A stretch of 32,000 nucleotides of DNA from Trichodesmium erythraeum IMS101 (GTDB taxonomy: Bacteria > Cyanobacteriota > Cyanobacteriia > Cyanobacteriales > Microcoleaceae), in assembly GCF_000014265.1 (NCBI RefSeq), contig NC_008312.1:270001-302000 (forward strand), read 5' to 3'. The notes below the pieces were generated by a model. It had not been told where the DNA came from and made no database searches. It saw only the letters and a program-made list of their open reading frames with translations. A program made the position numbers and the translations under genes. This document shows, piece after piece, positions 28,526 through 32,000 of the stretch. Within the stretch, counting starts at the first letter, position 1. Every line of letters begins with the position of its first letter.

Positions 28526-30574
28526 ATGACTAATATTATATTAGATATTCGTAACCTCAAAGTTCAATTTACAACTGAAGAAAAACTAGTAACAGCTGTT
28601 GATGGTATATCCTTTAGGATTAAAAGAGGCCAAACCTTAGGCATAGTTGGAGAATCAGGTTCTGGAAAATCTGTCACATCTCTGGCAACTATGGGTTTAC
28701 TACTGGCGAAATCTTGCCAAATTCAGGGTGAAATTTGGTTCAATAATTTAGCAGAAAACGCGTACAACTCTCAACCAGTCAACTTATTAGAATTATCAGA
28801 TCAGCAAAAACAACAATACCGAGGTGGGAAAATTTCAATGATTTTCCAAGAACCTATGAGTTCTTTAAACCCAGTTTACACCATAGGATTTCAATTAACA
28901 GAAGCTATTAGATTTCATCAAAATGTTTCATTAGGAGAAGCACGACGTCAAGCAGTATCCCTACTTCAAGAAGTAAAGCTTCTTCCTAATGATGAGGTAT
29001 TGCGACAAAAATGTCTAGAAGAAATAACTGAACATAGTCAAGACTTACTACAAGCAAAATTTAAACGGGGACGAGCCAAAATAGTAGATGAAGATAGCAA
29101 ACCTGCTGTTAGGCTAGGACAGGAAAGTGAAGCTGTCGCCAGGCTCCGTCAACGCAAAATCATGGTGAAAGTAAATCAAAAAAAGTTAGCCATGTTAGAT
29201 CGTTACCCCCACGAACTTTCTGGCGGTCAAATTCAAAGGGTAATGATAGCAATGGCAATTTCTTGCAACCCTACCTTACTAATTGCAGATGAACCGACAA
29301 CAGCTTTAGATGTTACAGTGCAAGCAAAAATTTTAGACTTGTTACGAGAATTGGGAAAAAGCAGAGGAATGTCTATTATATTTATTTCCCATGACTTAGG
29401 AGTAATTTCCGAAGTAGCTGATACCGTAGCAGTAATGTATCAAGGGAAAATAGTTGAATATGGTGATATTAAGCAAATATTTTCTCAGCCACAGCATCCT
29501 TATACAAAAGGTTTATTAGCTTGTAGGCCTCCTCTACATAATAAAGTTTTGCGTCTACCTACTGTTTCTGATTTTATGGAAGAGGTGATCAACTCTAGTG
29601 GGGAAATAGAAATTCGCGAAAAAAACACGGCAGTAGCACAACCACAAAATCTAGATTTGCCAGAGAAAAAAGCACCTCAAACAGCTAAAAATCCTATCTT
29701 GCAAGTTAACCATTTGCGAGTCGGGTTCCCAATAAAAGGAATGTTTGGTCAAACTCAGCGCTTATTGATGGCAGTTAATGATGTTTCTTTTACTGTTTCT
29801 CCTGGTGAAACTCTGGGTTTAGTAGGAGAGTCTGGTTGTGGTAAAAGTACCTTATCGAGAGCAATACTCCAACTGATTCCAGTTACCAGTGGGCAGGTAT
29901 TTTTTGAAGGTCAAGAAATTACAAATTCCCAAACAGGTAAGTTAGGAATTAAGAAGTTTTTGGGATCGCTAAAAAACCTTCAGTCAAAAAGTGGGAACAA
30001 TTCTAATCAAGAAAAATATGAGCAAATGTTGCGAAGGTGCCGGCGGGATATGCAAATTATTTTTCAAGATCCTTTTGGTTCACTTGATCCTCGCTTAACA
30101 GTTGGCGCAGCTGTGATGGAACCAATGTTAATTCACAGTGTAGGTAATAGTTTTAAAGTGAGGCGCGATCGCGCAGCACATTTATTAGAAAGGGTGGGAT
30201 TAACTGCTGACTCCTTAAGTCGCTATCCTTATGCTTTTTCTGGGGGTCAGCGCCAACGGATTTGTATTGCCCGTGCTTTGGCATTGAATCCTAAGTTAAT
30301 TATCTGTGATGAGTCCGTTTCAGCCTTAGACGTTTCAGTACAGGCACAAGTTCTGAACCTATTAAAAGAATTACAGGATGAGTTTGGGTTGACATACATT
30401 TTTATTTCCCATGATTTGAGTGTTGTGAAATTTATGAGCGATCGGATAATGGTAATGAAACAAGGCAAAATTGAAGAAATTGGTCTTGCCGAACAAGTTT
30501 ATGATCAACCGCAACGGGAATATACACGCCAACTTATTGCTTCTATTCCTATGGGAAAGACTTATACCAATTAA
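28526..30574 (+). CDS. ABC transporter ATP-binding protein with two fused nucleotide-binding domains (oligopeptide/dipeptide DppD-DppF-like)
   Basis: Walker A GESGSGKS and GESGCGKS. Signatures LSGGQIQR and FSGGQRQR. Walker B LLIADEPTTALD and LIICDESVSALD. I use ATG 28526 (MTNIILDIRNLKVQF); the track start at 28490 is a TTG. Confidence 0.9.
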   Translation: MTNIILDIRNLKVQFTTEEKLVTAVDGISFRIKRGQTLGIVGESGSGKSVTSLATMGLLLAKSCQIQGEIWFNNLAENAYNSQPVNLLELSDQQKQQYRGGKISMIFQEPMSSLNPVYTIGFQLTEAIRFHQNVSLGEARRQAVSLLQEVKLLPNDEVLRQKCLEEITEHSQDLLQAKFKRGRAKIVDEDSKPAVRLGQESEAVARLRQRKIMVKVNQKKLAMLDRYPHELSGGQIQRVMIAMAISCNPTLLIADEPTTALDVTVQAKILDLLRELGKSRGMSIIFISHDLGVISEVADTVAVMYQGKIVEYGDIKQIFSQPQHPYTKGLLACRPPLHNKVLRLPTVSDFMEEVINSSGEIEIREKNTAVAQPQNLDLPEKKAPQTAKNPILQVNHLRVGFPIKGMFGQTQRLLMAVNDVSFTVSPGETLGLVGESGCGKSTLSRAILQLIPVTSGQVFFEGQEITNSQTGKLGIKKFLGSLKNLQSKSGNNSNQEKYEQMLRRCRRDMQIIFQDPFGSLDPRLTVGAAVMEPMLIHSVGNSFKVRRDRAAHLLERVGLTADSLSRYPYAFSGGQRQRICIARALALNPKLIICDESVSALDVSVQAQVLNLLKELQDEFGLTYIFISHDLSVVKFMSDRIMVMKQGKIEEIGLAEQVYDQPQREYTRQLIASIPMGKTYTN

Positions 30575-30656
30575 CATATCGCCTATAAGAATAGATAGGA
30601 CTTACCTACGCCAACCCTCAGTTTCTGGGATAAATGTTTGTTTTTCACAAAAAACA

Positions 30657-30694
30657 CCTAGAAAAAAAACTTCGTTTCTAGGTTTACCTTTTTT
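30657..30694 (+). terminator. Candidate terminator downstream of the ABC ATPase gene
   Basis: cctagaaa-(10-nt loop)-tttctagg gives an 8-bp stem, followed by tttaccTTTTTT. It lies 83 nt after the stop codon. Confidence 0.4.
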
Positions 30695-32000
30695 GTTTCC
30701 TTTTCCAAATGGAGACCAGGTAGATTTTGGTTTAGTAAATTGATTCATTCAGTTAAAGAAACCATGAAGCAACATAGTTCACATCTCTCAAAATAATCCA
30801 TAGTCATCATTTCTGATGACTCACAATTTTTGATTAGGTTATACCACTTTCCTAAAATCAAACTACACATAGTAGACTTGTTGGGAATTAAGGAAAAAAA
30901 TGGCTAAAACCCTTATCCTTTCAAGTTTATAGTGCTTTGACATATCTAAAATCATAAAAACTTTATATATTAACCTTTTGAGCACTTCAAATTTTCTCAC
31001 ACCAAAAAACTCTAATACTTATTGAAGAAAATTATACTCGGTTACAGAAGTGATATATTTTTGACTAAATCTACCTAATAGTTGTTGTGAAAGAGGGTAA
31101 AACGACTCAAAAATTGCTAAATATGAACGAGTCTTAAAACAAAATAGTTTCAAAATCATTAACACCTATTAAACCATAAAGTACTTGAATTCAAGGATTA
31201 AAGTCTTTTCATCAGATATATTAGTAAATATTATTCAAAAAACATCATTAAAGGTTTGTGGGAAGAGGTATTTTAGCTCAGTTACACACTAGTAAAGATA
31301 GATTATTCTACATTATCTTTTAATTTAAACATTACCCAACCTTGCTTTGAGTCAACAGAATCTGAAGTGTTACTGGGAAAAATTAAGAAATCACACAAAG
31401 GTATTTCACTAATCTTTAATTCCTCACAAAAAGCTCAGGTTAAAACTAGTTAAAATAAGATAAAAGCTAAGAAAAGTAAAAAAAAATCTTAGAAAAAATG
31501 TAAGGTTAGTGGGTAATTTTTGCATCAAAAAAAAGGGTTTTTGATGATTATTTAAATCTTAATAATAAGGAGTATATTATTAGTTTAATGCTTTAGAAAT
31601 ACAAAAATTTAGGTAAATAATATGAATAAAAAAAGCTAAGAAAAAGAAAAATTAAAAATTGTATATCTGGGGTAAAAATGATTTATATGACTTAAATAGA
31701 GTAAAGTTTAGTACAACTCCTAGGGTAATAAATGCCAGACTATATTTTGAAAAATACTCAAAGATTCCCAGTCGCCATAAATCTCCCAAGCTATATGAAT
31801 GTTAATATAATCATGGATCTCCTCCCAAATAATCATCGAAAGTTATGTTTCAACTGCGAAAATTAATTCTAGAGAAATTATTTTTTGTATAAAGACTTTT
31901 TTTATACTGTAAATAAATCTACAGTGATTATTTTATATAAATCATTTATCCACATAAATAATGAGAATTTTTATCAATTGGAAGAGTGCTTATTTCAGCA

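Overview
Low-GC cyanobacterial chromosomal DNA. Evidence: two psbA copies, at least 17 copies of the HIP1 octamer GCGATCGC, and cyanobacteria-typical gene families. By my tally only about 60% is coding. Nine AT-rich spacers of 0.9-1.4 kb separate mostly monocistronic genes, a layout reminiscent of Trichodesmium-like filamentous cyanobacteria (inference, not verified). Content: a tandem psbA duplication, tRNA-Val(GAC) and tRNA-Asp(GUC), and a zinc-ribbon/Ser-Thr-kinase-like/WD40 protein whose DFG aspartate is replaced. Also a class V aminotransferase, a Cas4-like plus RNase-H-like (TM0106-type) nuclease, and a phytase-like secreted protein. There is a glutamyl-tRNA synthetase with a long C-terminal extension (84-bp tandem repeat array plus a two-helix membrane anchor of the CAAD type). 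Further genes are an FAD oxidoreductase, an ATP-grasp protein, several small conserved hypothetical or membrane proteins, and a fused double-ATPase ABC protein. I see no classical multi-gene defence island, CRISPR array, prophage or intact transposase. The most unusual signals are non-coding or architectural: (1) the near-perfect 84-bp VNTR linker inside gltX; (2) a group II intron 3' remnant (RT YADD fragment plus domain V) upstream of the FAD oxidoreductase; (3) two inverted copies of a ~135-bp MITE-like element bracketing 11.3 kb; (4) a GC-rich, helix-rich ~186-nt island in the leader of the ATP-grasp gene; (5) a probable pseudokinase. All product calls rest on motif recognition by eye; no database search was possible.
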